20,678 nt of DNA from a bacterium (GTDB taxonomy: Bacteria > RBG-13-61-14 > DATKZS01). Every line of letters begins with the position of its first letter. The stretch's first letter is position 1. The translations under genes and the position numbers were made by a program. Shown here piece after piece: positions 1 through 7,814 of this stretch. The stretch is from contig JAWOBU010000059.1 of the NCBI GenBank assembly GCA_046484135.1, positions 1 through 20,678 on the forward strand, read 5' to 3'. The notes below the pieces were generated by a model, which searched no databases, was not told the DNA's origin, and was given only the letters and a program-made list of their open reading frames with translations.

Positions 1-231
1 TACACCGGCCTTGCGTTGCTGGAGCCGGAGATAGTGGAGCGGCTCCCGGCTGACCGCTTCGCCTGCCTGGTTAAAGACGGCCTTGTGCCTGCGATAGATG
101 ACGGCTTGCTTGTCCGTGCTCATATCCATCACGGCTACTGGCAGGGCCTTGACACCATGAAGCGCATTCAACAGGCGGAAAGGGACATGGAAGAAGGCGC
201 CTGCCGTGCTTATACCGGAAACCGCGGTTAA
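1..231 (+). CDS. Partial (5'-truncated) NDP-sugar pyrophosphorylase / nucleotidyltransferase family protein, C-terminal part
   Basis: Frame 1 is open from base 1 (YTGLALLEPEIVERLP...HIHHGYWQGLDT...). YTG-hydrophobic-P followed by GYWxxxxT resembles the C-terminal motifs of MurU/GMPP-type nucleotidyltransferases. Stop TAA at 229-231. Confidence 0.65.
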   Translation, partial: YTGLALLEPEIVERLPADRFACLVKDGLVPAIDDGLLVRAHIHHGYWQGLDTMKRIQQAERDMEEGACRAYTGNRG

Positions 232-279
232 GGGAAGGAGAGGGGTTTTGCTTCTAACGTACTTTCTGGCAAGAAGCTT

Positions 280-744
280 TTAACCGTAGAGCCGGCGGTA
301 CAGGTCTTTTATTGTCTGGGCATGTCTGCGGGTGTCCTCGGCAAGAGCGTCCAGTATCCTTTTCACTTCCGGCGGGTCGTCCTCATGGGAGTCAAAAGTC
401 CGGTTCTCGATAATCCCCGTCTCTATCTCTATTGCCGACTCCAGCGCCTCCTTGAGACTTGTGCCTGACTTCATGGCATAGTTCTGAAAAGAGGACAGCT
501 TCTGCATGTTGTTTTCGATCGCGGACAGAGAGAACCTCCGGGGGGTGAGACTATAGTCTCCTTTCTCGATCAGCTCCTTGAAGGTACTCAGCATGAAAGC
601 ATGGGTGTTCTCTTCAACGGAAAGGTTTTCCCAGAACTCCCGATGTTCCGGAAAGAGCCGGGCATAAGTCGCGTAAAGATGGGAGAGACCCAGCTCGTAC
701 TTTTGCAGATGCTCGGCTATCTTGATTTGCTCATCCGTGTTCAT
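280..744 (-). CDS. Ferritin-like / rubrerythrin-family four-helix bundle protein
   Basis: 154 aa, helical. Pattern E...LY...FW..L..EExxH, then A..IE...L..DTxxH, typical of the ferritin-like superfamily. GGAGG RBS upstream of the ATG. Confidence 0.7.
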   Translation of the reverse strand: MNTDEQIKIAEHLQKYELGLSHLYATYARLFPEHREFWENLSVEENTHAFMLSTFKELIEKGDYSLTPRRFSLSAIENNMQKLSSFQNYAMKSGTSLKEALESAIEIETGIIENRTFDSHEDDPPEVKRILDALAEDTRRHAQTIKDLYRRLYG

Positions 745-861
745 TTTTTAGCCTCCCAAGCGGCGAATTACAAGGATTTCCCGGAGCACGTCTAAGGAGT
801 TTTTCATCTTAGCAAAGATGTTCGTCTCCCGCCAGGAAAAGAAGCCCGGCCTTTGCAGCTT

Positions 862-1821
862 TTACTTGTTACTCGTTTCTTGATCCTGCTTCTCGGCCTT
901 TTCTTCCACGTCGTTTTGCAACGGCTTAACGTTACGGTCATGGTTTATTAGCCACACGTCGGGGTCCGGGTCTTTATCCACGTTTCCGGCCGCCAGGGCG
1001 GTGAAGCCCCGGTCGCTTACATTCAGAAATGCTCTTTGTTCGCGGGAGAGCCGGAAAGGCCCTTCGATACTCGGCTGGATGGTGTCGCCGTCAAGGAAGA
1101 AGGCGTGCCTGGTGTTTCCCGCGGGCTTGAAATCAAGAAGCCGGAACTCGGGGGCGTAGGTCTTGTACTTTTCGTGGTAGGCGTGTTGTAGGGTGCAGAG
1201 GCTTTTTAGGTTCATGATCGCCTCGGACTGGCGCAGTTTTCCCACCTCTCGGACGACCTCGGAGTCGTGGAGCCGCAGCTTGGCTCCTTGCGATTCAAGA
1301 AAAGAAACGGTGTCGCGGTATCCCAGGGCGTGGGCCAGCTCCGCGGCGTTGAGCTTGTGGCAGAGGGCCTCGGCGCGGGCGCCTTTTTCCACCAGGAACT
1401 TCACCGTTTCGAGGTGGCCGTTTCCGGACGCGGCATGCACCGGCGCGCATCCCATCTTGTCGCTCTTTACAACCTCCGCGCCTTTTCGGACCAGGAGCCG
1501 GACCGTTTCCGTATTGCCCTCTGCGGCCGCCAGATAAAGGGGGGTGGCGCCCGAGAAGGCGGCGGCGTCTATTTCCGCCCCTTTTTCCAGGAGCGCCAGC
1601 ACGGCTTCATTTTTTCCTCCCGCGGCAGCGTAATGAAGCGGTGTTACTCCCTCCCGGTCCCGGCTGTTCACCTTGTCCGCGTCCCGGGCCAGTATGTACT
1701 TGATCCGGGAGACGTCGCCCGACGCCGCGGCCACGTGTATCTCCGAGGACCTGCCTGGTATGGATACCATGAGAACCAGGGCCAGGGCGGCAATGGCGAA
1801 TCTTTTTATTTGTCTTGTCAT
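862..1821 (-). CDS. Exported ankyrin-repeat protein with C-terminal type IV pilin-like globular domain
   Basis: Sec-type signal (MTRQIKRFAIAALALVLMVSIPG). About 5 ankyrin repeats (GVTPLHYAA, GATPLYLAA, GCAPVHAAS). C-terminus KLRQSEAIMNLKSL..Q.AY...Y...FTALAAGNVDKD...DVW.I resembles Myxococcus-type PilA heads. Confidence 0.8.
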   Translation of the reverse strand: MTRQIKRFAIAALALVLMVSIPGRSSEIHVAAASGDVSRIKYILARDADKVNSRDREGVTPLHYAAAGGKNEAVLALLEKGAEIDAAAFSGATPLYLAAAEGNTETVRLLVRKGAEVVKSDKMGCAPVHAASGNGHLETVKFLVEKGARAEALCHKLNAAELAHALGYRDTVSFLESQGAKLRLHDSEVVREVGKLRQSEAIMNLKSLCTLQHAYHEKYKTYAPEFRLLDFKPAGNTRHAFFLDGDTIQPSIEGPFRLSREQRAFLNVSDRGFTALAAGNVDKDPDPDVWLINHDRNVKPLQNDVEEKAEKQDQETSNK

Positions 1822-1909
1822 CTGCTTGTTGTTGATGCGATTTATATAAGTCGCACCTGAGCTCGCTCGTGCCGTTCTCTCCGTTGTCGCGCTAAAGCTC
1901 AGCGGTTAT

Positions 1910-1947
1910 AAAAAAACGAGGCACGACATTTTCCAGCCGTGCCTCGC
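1910..1947 (-). terminator. Rho-independent terminator of fbaB
   Basis: Minus strand reads CGAGGCACGGC-TGGAAAAT-GTCGTGCCTCG-TTTTTTT: an 11-bp GC-rich stem (one G.U) followed by a U tract, about 20 nt after the fbaB stop. Confidence 0.8.
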
Positions 1948-1967
1948 CGTTTGACCGGAGTATCATA

Positions 1968-3017
1968 TCAGGCCACGGTAACGTCCTTGTCCAGGTACAC
2001 GTCCTGGATGGTGTTCAAAAGCTCGACTCCTTCCTTCATGGGCTTCTGGAAGGACTTTCTTCCGGAGATGAGACCGGTGCCACCGGCGCGTTTGTTTATG
2101 ACCGCGGTGCGGGCGGCCTGGGCCAGGTCGTTCTCCCCGGAGGCCCCGCCGGAGTTGATGAGCCCGACCCTTCCCATGTAGCAGTTGGCCACCTGATAGC
2201 GGGTCAGGTCCACGGGATGGTCCGAGGTCAGCTTTTCATAGACCAGCTTGCTGGTTTTTCCGAACTTGAGCGCATTATAGCCGCCGTTGTTCTCCGGCTG
2301 TTTCTGCTTGACTATGTCGGCCTCGATGGTCACGCCCAGGTGGTTGGCCTGGCCGGTCAGGTCAGCGGAGATGTGATAGTCCTTGTCCTTTTTGAACTCC
2401 GGGTTCCGAAGATAACACCACAGGATGGTGAACATGCCGAGCTCGTGCGCGCGGGCGAAGGCCTCGGAGACCTCGAGTATCTGCCGGCGGCAGTTGTCCG
2501 CGCCAAAGTAAATGGTGGCACCCACCGCGGCGGCCCCCAGGTCAAAGGCCTGCTCGACCCCCGCGAACATGGTCTGGTCGTGGATGTTGGGGTAGGTCAG
2601 AAGCTCGTTGTGGTTCAGCTTGACTATAAAAGGGATCTTGTGGGCGTACTTTCTCGAGCACATGCCGAGAACGCCCAGGGTGGAAGCCACCCCGTTGCAG
2701 CCGCCCTCCACCGCCAGCTCCACGATCTTTTCCGGGTCGAAGTACATGGGGTTGGGAGCAAAGGAAGCTCCGCCGGAATGTTCGATCCCCTGGTCCACCG
2801 GCAGTACTGAGAGGTAGCCCGTGCCTGCGAGCCTGCCGTGGTCATAGAACTGCTGGAGGTTCTTGAGCACCTGGGGCGGCCGGTCGGTCTGGGTGAAAAC
2901 CCGGTCCACGAAGTCGGGGCCGGGAAGGTGGAGCATGTCCCGGGGTATGGTCTCGCACTTGTGGGAGAGCAGGGTCTCCGCCTCGTCTCCCAACAGCTTC
3001 TCGATCTTCTTTGCCAT
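1968..3017 (-). CDS. fbaB: Class I fructose-bisphosphate aldolase (DhnA/FbaB type)
   Basis: Signature segments [36 protein letters not shown] (Schiff-base Lys), [25 protein letters not shown]. Confidence 0.95.
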   Translation of the reverse strand: MAKKIEKLLGDEAETLLSHKCETIPRDMLHLPGPDFVDRVFTQTDRPPQVLKNLQQFYDHGRLAGTGYLSVLPVDQGIEHSGGASFAPNPMYFDPEKIVELAVEGGCNGVASTLGVLGMCSRKYAHKIPFIVKLNHNELLTYPNIHDQTMFAGVEQAFDLGAAAVGATIYFGADNCRRQILEVSEAFARAHELGMFTILWCYLRNPEFKKDKDYHISADLTGQANHLGVTIEADIVKQKQPENNGGYNALKFGKTSKLVYEKLTSDHPVDLTRYQVANCYMGRVGLINSGGASGENDLAQAARTAVINKRAGGTGLISGRKSFQKPMKEGVELLNTIQDVYLDKDVTVA

Positions 3018-3078
3018 GTTTGTCCTCCTTACGGCTTACGAGGGCCATAAAAATTTATGCCTTGCGACTATCATTTAA

Positions 3079-3107
3079 AGGTTATTGCCCGAAGCTCGAA
3101 GTGTCAA
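3079..3107 (-). promoter_or_regulatory. Putative sigma70 promoter of fbaB
   Basis: Minus strand TTGACA (3107-3102), 17-nt spacer, TAACCT (3084-3079), about 60 nt upstream of the ATG. Confidence 0.6.
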
Positions 3108-3227
3108 GTTTAAGGGAAACGGCTAATCTGTGTTATCACCCTGGGCTTTAGGCCGTCGTCCCTTCGGGACTGAAAACATATCCTTATCTTTCCGCGATCT
3201 TGCCGGCGTGTCGGGGGAAGGGAGGAA

Positions 3228-4454
3228 TCAGTTTTTTTTCTCTTTATCTTGCTTTTTCTTCTCGCGGGCGGTCATTGCGAGGATACGGTCGAAGAGCTTG
3301 TCCGCGATGTCTATTTTGCTCATCTGGGGCCACTCCGCTTTTCTTCCGTGCTTGTCGAGTATCATGACGATGTTGGTGTCCACGCTGAAGCCGGCGCCGC
3401 TCCTGGACACGTCGTTGGCCACGATCAGGTCGAGGTTCTTTTCTCTTAGTTTGCGTCCGGCGTACTGGACGAGCTCGGAGGTTTCCGCGGCGAACCCTAC
3501 CAGTATCTGCTTGTTCTTTTTCTTTCCGATCTGGTAGAGGATGTCCGGGTTTTCGGTAAGCTCGAGGTCGAGCCGGTCGGGCCCTTTTTTGATCTTCTGG
3601 GTGACCTCGGTGATGGGCCGGTAGTCGGCGACCGCGGAAGCTTTGATGATGATGTCTGCCTGGTCCGCCTCCTCCAGGCACACATCCAGCATCTCGCGGG
3701 CGGACACCACTGATCTGAGGTTCACGCCGGGCGGTGGTTTCAGATGTACCGGCCCGGAAACCAGGCACACCCGGGCTCCCCTGCGGCGGGCCACCCGTGC
3801 CACTGCGTATCCCATCTTTCCGGAGGACCGGTTGGTGATGTATCTGACCGGGTCTATGTACTCGCGGGTAGGTCCTGCGGTAACCAGGACCTTCATTCCC
3901 GAGAGGTCCTTGGGCGCCAGGGTGGCGGCGCACTCCTCGACGATCTCGTCCAGGTCGGCCAGCCTGCCTTTGCCCTCCCATCCGCAGGCCAGCTCGCCTT
4001 CCGCAGGACCCACGAAACGGACCCCCCGCTCCTCCAGCTTCTTGAGGTTGTCCTGGACCGCGGGGTGGGCGTACATATTGACGTTCATGGCCGGCGCAAT
4101 CAGCACCGGCGCCCGGCAGGCCAGGTAGATGGTGGACAGGGCGTCGTCGGCAATACCCCCGGCCATCTTGCCGATCATGTCGGCGGTGGCCGGCGCCACC
4201 AGCAGGATATGGGCCCGGTCCGCCACTTCGATGTGGTTTATGCTTCCCGCCTTTTCCGCCTCGAACAGGTCAACGGTAACCGGCCGCTGGGTCAGGGTCT
4301 CGAGGGTGAGAGGCGTTACCATGTGGGCGGCGTTCCCGGTCAGGACCGCGGAGACCCGGGCGCCTTCCGCATGCAGCATCCGCACCAGCTCGGGCGTCTT
4401 ATAGGCCGCGATACCCGCGGTTACTCCCAGGAGGACCTCTTTTTCCTTGAGCAT
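3228..4454 (-). CDS. coaBC: Bifunctional phosphopantothenoylcysteine decarboxylase / phosphopantothenate-cysteine ligase
   Basis: GVTAGIAAYK, HIEVA, APATAD, GIADD, PAMN, LACG..GKGRL, TAGPTREYIDPVRYITNRSSGKMG, AVADY, GFAAET, IVANDV motifs. Confidence 0.97.
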   Translation of the reverse strand: MLKEKEVLLGVTAGIAAYKTPELVRMLHAEGARVSAVLTGNAAHMVTPLTLETLTQRPVTVDLFEAEKAGSINHIEVADRAHILLVAPATADMIGKMAGGIADDALSTIYLACRAPVLIAPAMNVNMYAHPAVQDNLKKLEERGVRFVGPAEGELACGWEGKGRLADLDEIVEECAATLAPKDLSGMKVLVTAGPTREYIDPVRYITNRSSGKMGYAVARVARRRGARVCLVSGPVHLKPPPGVNLRSVVSAREMLDVCLEEADQADIIIKASAVADYRPITEVTQKIKKGPDRLDLELTENPDILYQIGKKKNKQILVGFAAETSELVQYAGRKLREKNLDLIVANDVSRSGAGFSVDTNIVMILDKHGRKAEWPQMSKIDIADKLFDRILAMTAREKKKQDKEKKN

Positions 4455-4464
4455 TTACAGACCC

Positions 4465-5130
4465 TCACGGAATGATGATGTTGGAGCCGCCCGCGGACGA
4501 GCCTTCCTGGAGAAAGGGGTTGTACTTCTTCTCCCGTCCCACCAGGGTGGGAGGCCCGTGCCCGGGGTACACCTCGCAATCGTCGCCCAGCGGAAGAATC
4601 CGCTCCTTGATGGACTTGATGAGCTGAGCGTGGCTGGCGCCCGGGAAGTCCGTCCGGCCGATGGAGAACTGGAACAGGCAGTCCCCCACGATCACCATGG
4701 GCATGTCCTCGATCTTGAGCGATATACCGCCCGGCGAGTGGCCCGGGGTATGGAGCACCTTTAACTTAAGGGACCCCAATTCTACCTGGTCGCCTTCTTC
4801 CAGGAAGTCGTCCGGCGGCGGAGACGGCTCGAAATCTATCCCCCATTGCTCGGCCAGCGAGCTCATCCCGCTAAGCATGTCCTTTTCCTTGGGATGGATG
4901 AGAAGCGGAGCGCCAGTGGCTTTTTTCAACCCGGCGTTCCCGCCGATGTGGTCGAAATGGACGTGGGTGTCAATAATGTACTTTAAGCTGAGCTCGTCTT
5001 CCTTGAGCAGATGGAGAATGGACTCCACGTCTCCGCCCGGGTCCACCACTACAGCTTCCCTTGTTTCCTCGTCCCCCACGATGTAACAGTTTACCATGAG
5101 CGGTCCGGTCTCTCGATACTTGAAAATCAT
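4465..5130 (-). CDS. MBL-fold metallo-hydrolase (glyoxalase II / YcbL-like)
   Basis: THVHFDH, HTPGHSPG, GDCLF, GRTDFPG, PGHG motifs. Start reassigned to ATG 5130 (AAGGAG RBS 6 nt upstream, TGATG overlap with the kinase stop) rather than 5223. Confidence 0.92.
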   Translation of the reverse strand: MIFKYRETGPLMVNCYIVGDEETREAVVVDPGGDVESILHLLKEDELSLKYIIDTHVHFDHIGGNAGLKKATGAPLLIHPKEKDMLSGMSSLAEQWGIDFEPSPPPDDFLEEGDQVELGSLKLKVLHTPGHSPGGISLKIEDMPMVIVGDCLFQFSIGRTDFPGASHAQLIKSIKERILPLGDDCEVYPGHGPPTLVGREKKYNPFLQEGSSAGGSNIIIP

Positions 5131-7673
5131 CACGTACTCCTTACCTGGGAAAAGTTTGAAAGAAGCTCTTCGTATACCTCGCCCGCGGACTGGTAGCGCT
5201 GGCGCGGGTCCTTGACCATGCATTTCAGGATTATCTTCTCCAGCTCCGGCGGTATCTGGTTGTTAAGCCGGCTGGGCGGAGCGGGAGGAGTGTTCAAGTG
5301 ATGGTACCCGATGTCCCCTTCCGAGAACGGGACCCGGCCGGTCAAAAGCTCGTACATGGTGACCCCCATGGCGTAGAGGTCGGTCCGGTGGTCCACTCCC
5401 CTTCCCAGGGTCTGCTCGGGAGACATGTAGTAAGGCGTTCCCGCCACCATGGTTTTTCTCTCCCGTACCTTGTCCATGACCTTGGCCAGGCCGAAGTCCA
5501 TGACCTTGATGATCTTGGTCTTGGTCCACATCAGGTTGGCCGGCTTGATATCGCGATGGATGATGTTCAACCCGTGGGCGTAGTCCAAGGCCTGGGCCAA
5601 CTGGGAGAACACCTGGATGCCCGCGGAAAGCGGAAGACGGCGGTTGCCCTCGATCATGCTTTTCAGCTCCTTGCCCTCCACGTACTCCATGAGGATATAG
5701 TAAACTCCCCCCTCTTCGCCCGCGTCATAGATGGAGATTATGTAGGGGTGGCTCATCTGGGCCAGGCTGCGGGCCTCCCGCAGAAAGATGTTTATCATCT
5801 CCTGGTTGCCTTTCAACTCCTCGGAAAGCACCTTGAACGCGACCTTTCTGCCCAGGTGCATGTCCTCGGCAAGGTAAACCACCCCCATGCCGCCCCTGCC
5901 CAGCTCCTGGATGACCTGGTAGCGCTCGCCAATGGTCCCGCCCTTGCCCCAGCTCCCCTGCCTGGTCTGTGCGTATGCCCCGCTTTGCGAGACCTGCTGG
6001 TAGAGCGCGTTGAAGCGCATGCTTACGTCCTTGAAGTTGGGGTTGAAGGCTATGACCTGCTGGTACACTCCCAGTGCGTAGGAGGTATGTCCGGCCAGCT
6101 CGTAGGCCTGTCCGAGAGCGTAGTAATAATCGAGCGAGTTGGGGGCGATGGGCACCCGGGAGACCGCGGCCTGGAGCTTCTCCAGGGCCGAGTTATGGTC
6201 TCCTTTCTTCAAGTGCAGGTTCCCGAGCCGGTACATGGCCTCTGCGTAGCGGGGGTCGTTCTCCCGGATGAGGGAGAGGAGCTCCTCCGCCTTCTCGGTA
6301 TTGCCCTGGTCCAGGTAGATGTCCGCGGCCGGGAAGAACTTGCCCTGCCTTTCATACAGAGGAGCGAGGTGCTCTTCATTGCCGGTCTCTTCCAGCAGCC
6401 TTACCCCGCCCTCGATGTCCCCCGCGTCCTCGTAAACCTTCAGGGCCTTTTTCCCGTCCTTTCCCGCCAGGTACATCTCCGCGGCCGAGCGGGAGTCGCC
6501 TCCCTTTACGTAGAGGTTTCCCGCCTTGTCGAACTCGGCGGCGGCGGCGTAAAGGTCCGCGGCCTGGAGGAAGTTCTCCGCCATCTCGTAGTACCTGGCC
6601 GCCTCCAGGGGCTGGTCCTGTGCCTGGTGGTACTGGGCCATGATCTCCGCGGCCCGCTGTTTGTCTCCGGTTTTATGGAAGAGCTGGGCCGCCTTTTTCA
6701 ACTGGCCCTGTTGAAGATATATCTCTCCCGCCTGGTCATACTCGCCTGCGGTGGTGTAAAGCTCGGCCGCGGCCTCCTTCATGTTGACCTCCCGGCAGAC
6801 CTCCGCGGCGCGCTTGTACTCACCCGCCTGCTTGTAGTGGAGGGCGGTCTTTTTTCCGAGCTCCCGTACCTTCTGGGTCTCCTTCTTGGACTGCTGGACG
6901 CTGGACGACTTTTGGGTCTCCGTGTACCACCTTTCATAGTTCCGGGCCGCGGGAAGCGATTGCTTGGCCTTTTCGTAACACAGGGCCGCCTTCTGGTGGT
7001 CGTTGTTCTTTTCATAAAGCTCGCCCGCCTGTCCGTACTCGCCCGCCTTTTCGAAATGCTCGGCCGCAAGGAGCTGTTTCCCCTGCTGGAGGTAGTATCC
7101 CGCCGCCTCCCCGGGCCTGCCGAACTTGGCCAGCAGGTCCGCGGCAGGCGCAGGCATGTTTTTGTCAAGCAAGTAAGAAACCGCCTTGTCAACATCGTTC
7201 AAGCGCTCGGCATACACCCGGGCGGCCTTGACGTAGGCCTTGCCTTCCGTGTACATCCCGATGGCCTTGTTGTACCGCCCGCCCTTTTCGAAAAGCTCGC
7301 CGGAGCGGGTGAAGTTCCCCGACTTCTTCGCCCGCTTGGCAAACTTGCGGGCCTCCTTGGGGGTCATGGACCGGGTGGGAGCCGGCGCGGACTTGGACTC
7401 TTTTCTGGCCAGGAAAATAATGAAAACGACAAACAAAAGAAGAACAAGTACGCCCCCGCCGATTAAGACCTCGGTGGAGTGGGCGGTGATAATGTGGTCT
7501 TCTCCCAGCCGGGTTTTCAAAAACACTTCGTACTGGTGAAGCCAGCTTCTCCAGAACTCCGGCTGCACGTCTTCTTCCCGGACCACCCTTTTGCTCTGTC
7601 CGGACAGGTGGAAGGAACTGAAAAGCCGCATAAGAGAAAAATATGCGTCTTTCGCTAATGAGACATGGTTCAT
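5130..7673 (-). CDS. Membrane-anchored Hanks-type Ser/Thr protein kinase with helical-repeat/TPR region
   Basis: C-terminal kinase motifs GRGGMGVVY, VAFK, HRDIKPAN, DFG, GTPYYMSPEQ, DLY. N-terminal TM helix (VLIGGGVLVLLLFVVFIIFLA). Long A-A-x-x-Y repeats between them. The start is uncertain (7673, 7631 or GTG 7568). Confidence 0.92.
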   Translation of the reverse strand: MNHVSLAKDAYFSLMRLFSSFHLSGQSKRVVREEDVQPEFWRSWLHQYEVFLKTRLGEDHIITAHSTEVLIGGGVLVLLLFVVFIIFLARKESKSAPAPTRSMTPKEARKFAKRAKKSGNFTRSGELFEKGGRYNKAIGMYTEGKAYVKAARVYAERLNDVDKAVSYLLDKNMPAPAADLLAKFGRPGEAAGYYLQQGKQLLAAEHFEKAGEYGQAGELYEKNNDHQKAALCYEKAKQSLPAARNYERWYTETQKSSSVQQSKKETQKVRELGKKTALHYKQAGEYKRAAEVCREVNMKEAAAELYTTAGEYDQAGEIYLQQGQLKKAAQLFHKTGDKQRAAEIMAQYHQAQDQPLEAARYYEMAENFLQAADLYAAAAEFDKAGNLYVKGGDSRSAAEMYLAGKDGKKALKVYEDAGDIEGGVRLLEETGNEEHLAPLYERQGKFFPAADIYLDQGNTEKAEELLSLIRENDPRYAEAMYRLGNLHLKKGDHNSALEKLQAAVSRVPIAPNSLDYYYALGQAYELAGHTSYALGVYQQVIAFNPNFKDVSMRFNALYQQVSQSGAYAQTRQGSWGKGGTIGERYQVIQELGRGGMGVVYLAEDMHLGRKVAFKVLSEELKGNQEMINIFLREARSLAQMSHPYIISIYDAGEEGGVYYILMEYVEGKELKSMIEGNRRLPLSAGIQVFSQLAQALDYAHGLNIIHRDIKPANLMWTKTKIIKVMDFGLAKVMDKVRERKTMVAGTPYYMSPEQTLGRGVDHRTDLYAMGVTMYELLTGRVPFSEGDIGYHHLNTPPAPPSRLNNQIPPELEKIILKCMVKDPRQRYQSAGEVYEELLSNFSQVRST

Positions 7674-7683
7674 TTATTTTTCC

Positions 7684-7712
7684 AATCTAGTGAAAAATCA
7701 AGGTCTTGTCAA
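7684..7712 (-). promoter_or_regulatory. Putative sigma70 promoter of the kinase-MBL-coaBC operon
   Basis: Minus strand TTGACA (7712-7707), 17-nt spacer, TAGATT (7689-7684), in an AT-rich intergenic region. Confidence 0.65.
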
Positions 7713-7814
7713 TTCCAGCACAGCGGGCTCCCGCGCGATTGTCGCTTTTTTTACGGAAAAATTCCGCTGTTTAAAGGTGTTTTATTTGAGACTGACACTT
7801 TTTAAAAAGAGCTT

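Noticed and set aside
805..820. CATCTT-AGCA-AAGATG inverted repeat overlapping a possible extended -10 (TGCTAAGAT, minus strand) upstream of the ferritin-like gene
   Set aside because: Only 6-bp arms and a single occurrence. It could be an operator but cannot be supported from this window.
5131..5223. N-terminal extension of the MBL hydrolase ORF (start 5223)
   Set aside because: It overlaps the kinase C-terminus. The RBS and TGATG coupling support ATG 5130.
5298..7466. 722-aa plus-strand ORF antisense to the kinase
   Set aside because: It mirrors the kinase codon register and has no recognisable motifs. Long antisense ORFs are expected in high-GC coding DNA.
7798..7809. CTTTTTAAAAAG palindrome just after the PLD stop
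   Set aside because: AT-only low-complexity stem, too weak to call a terminator or binding site.
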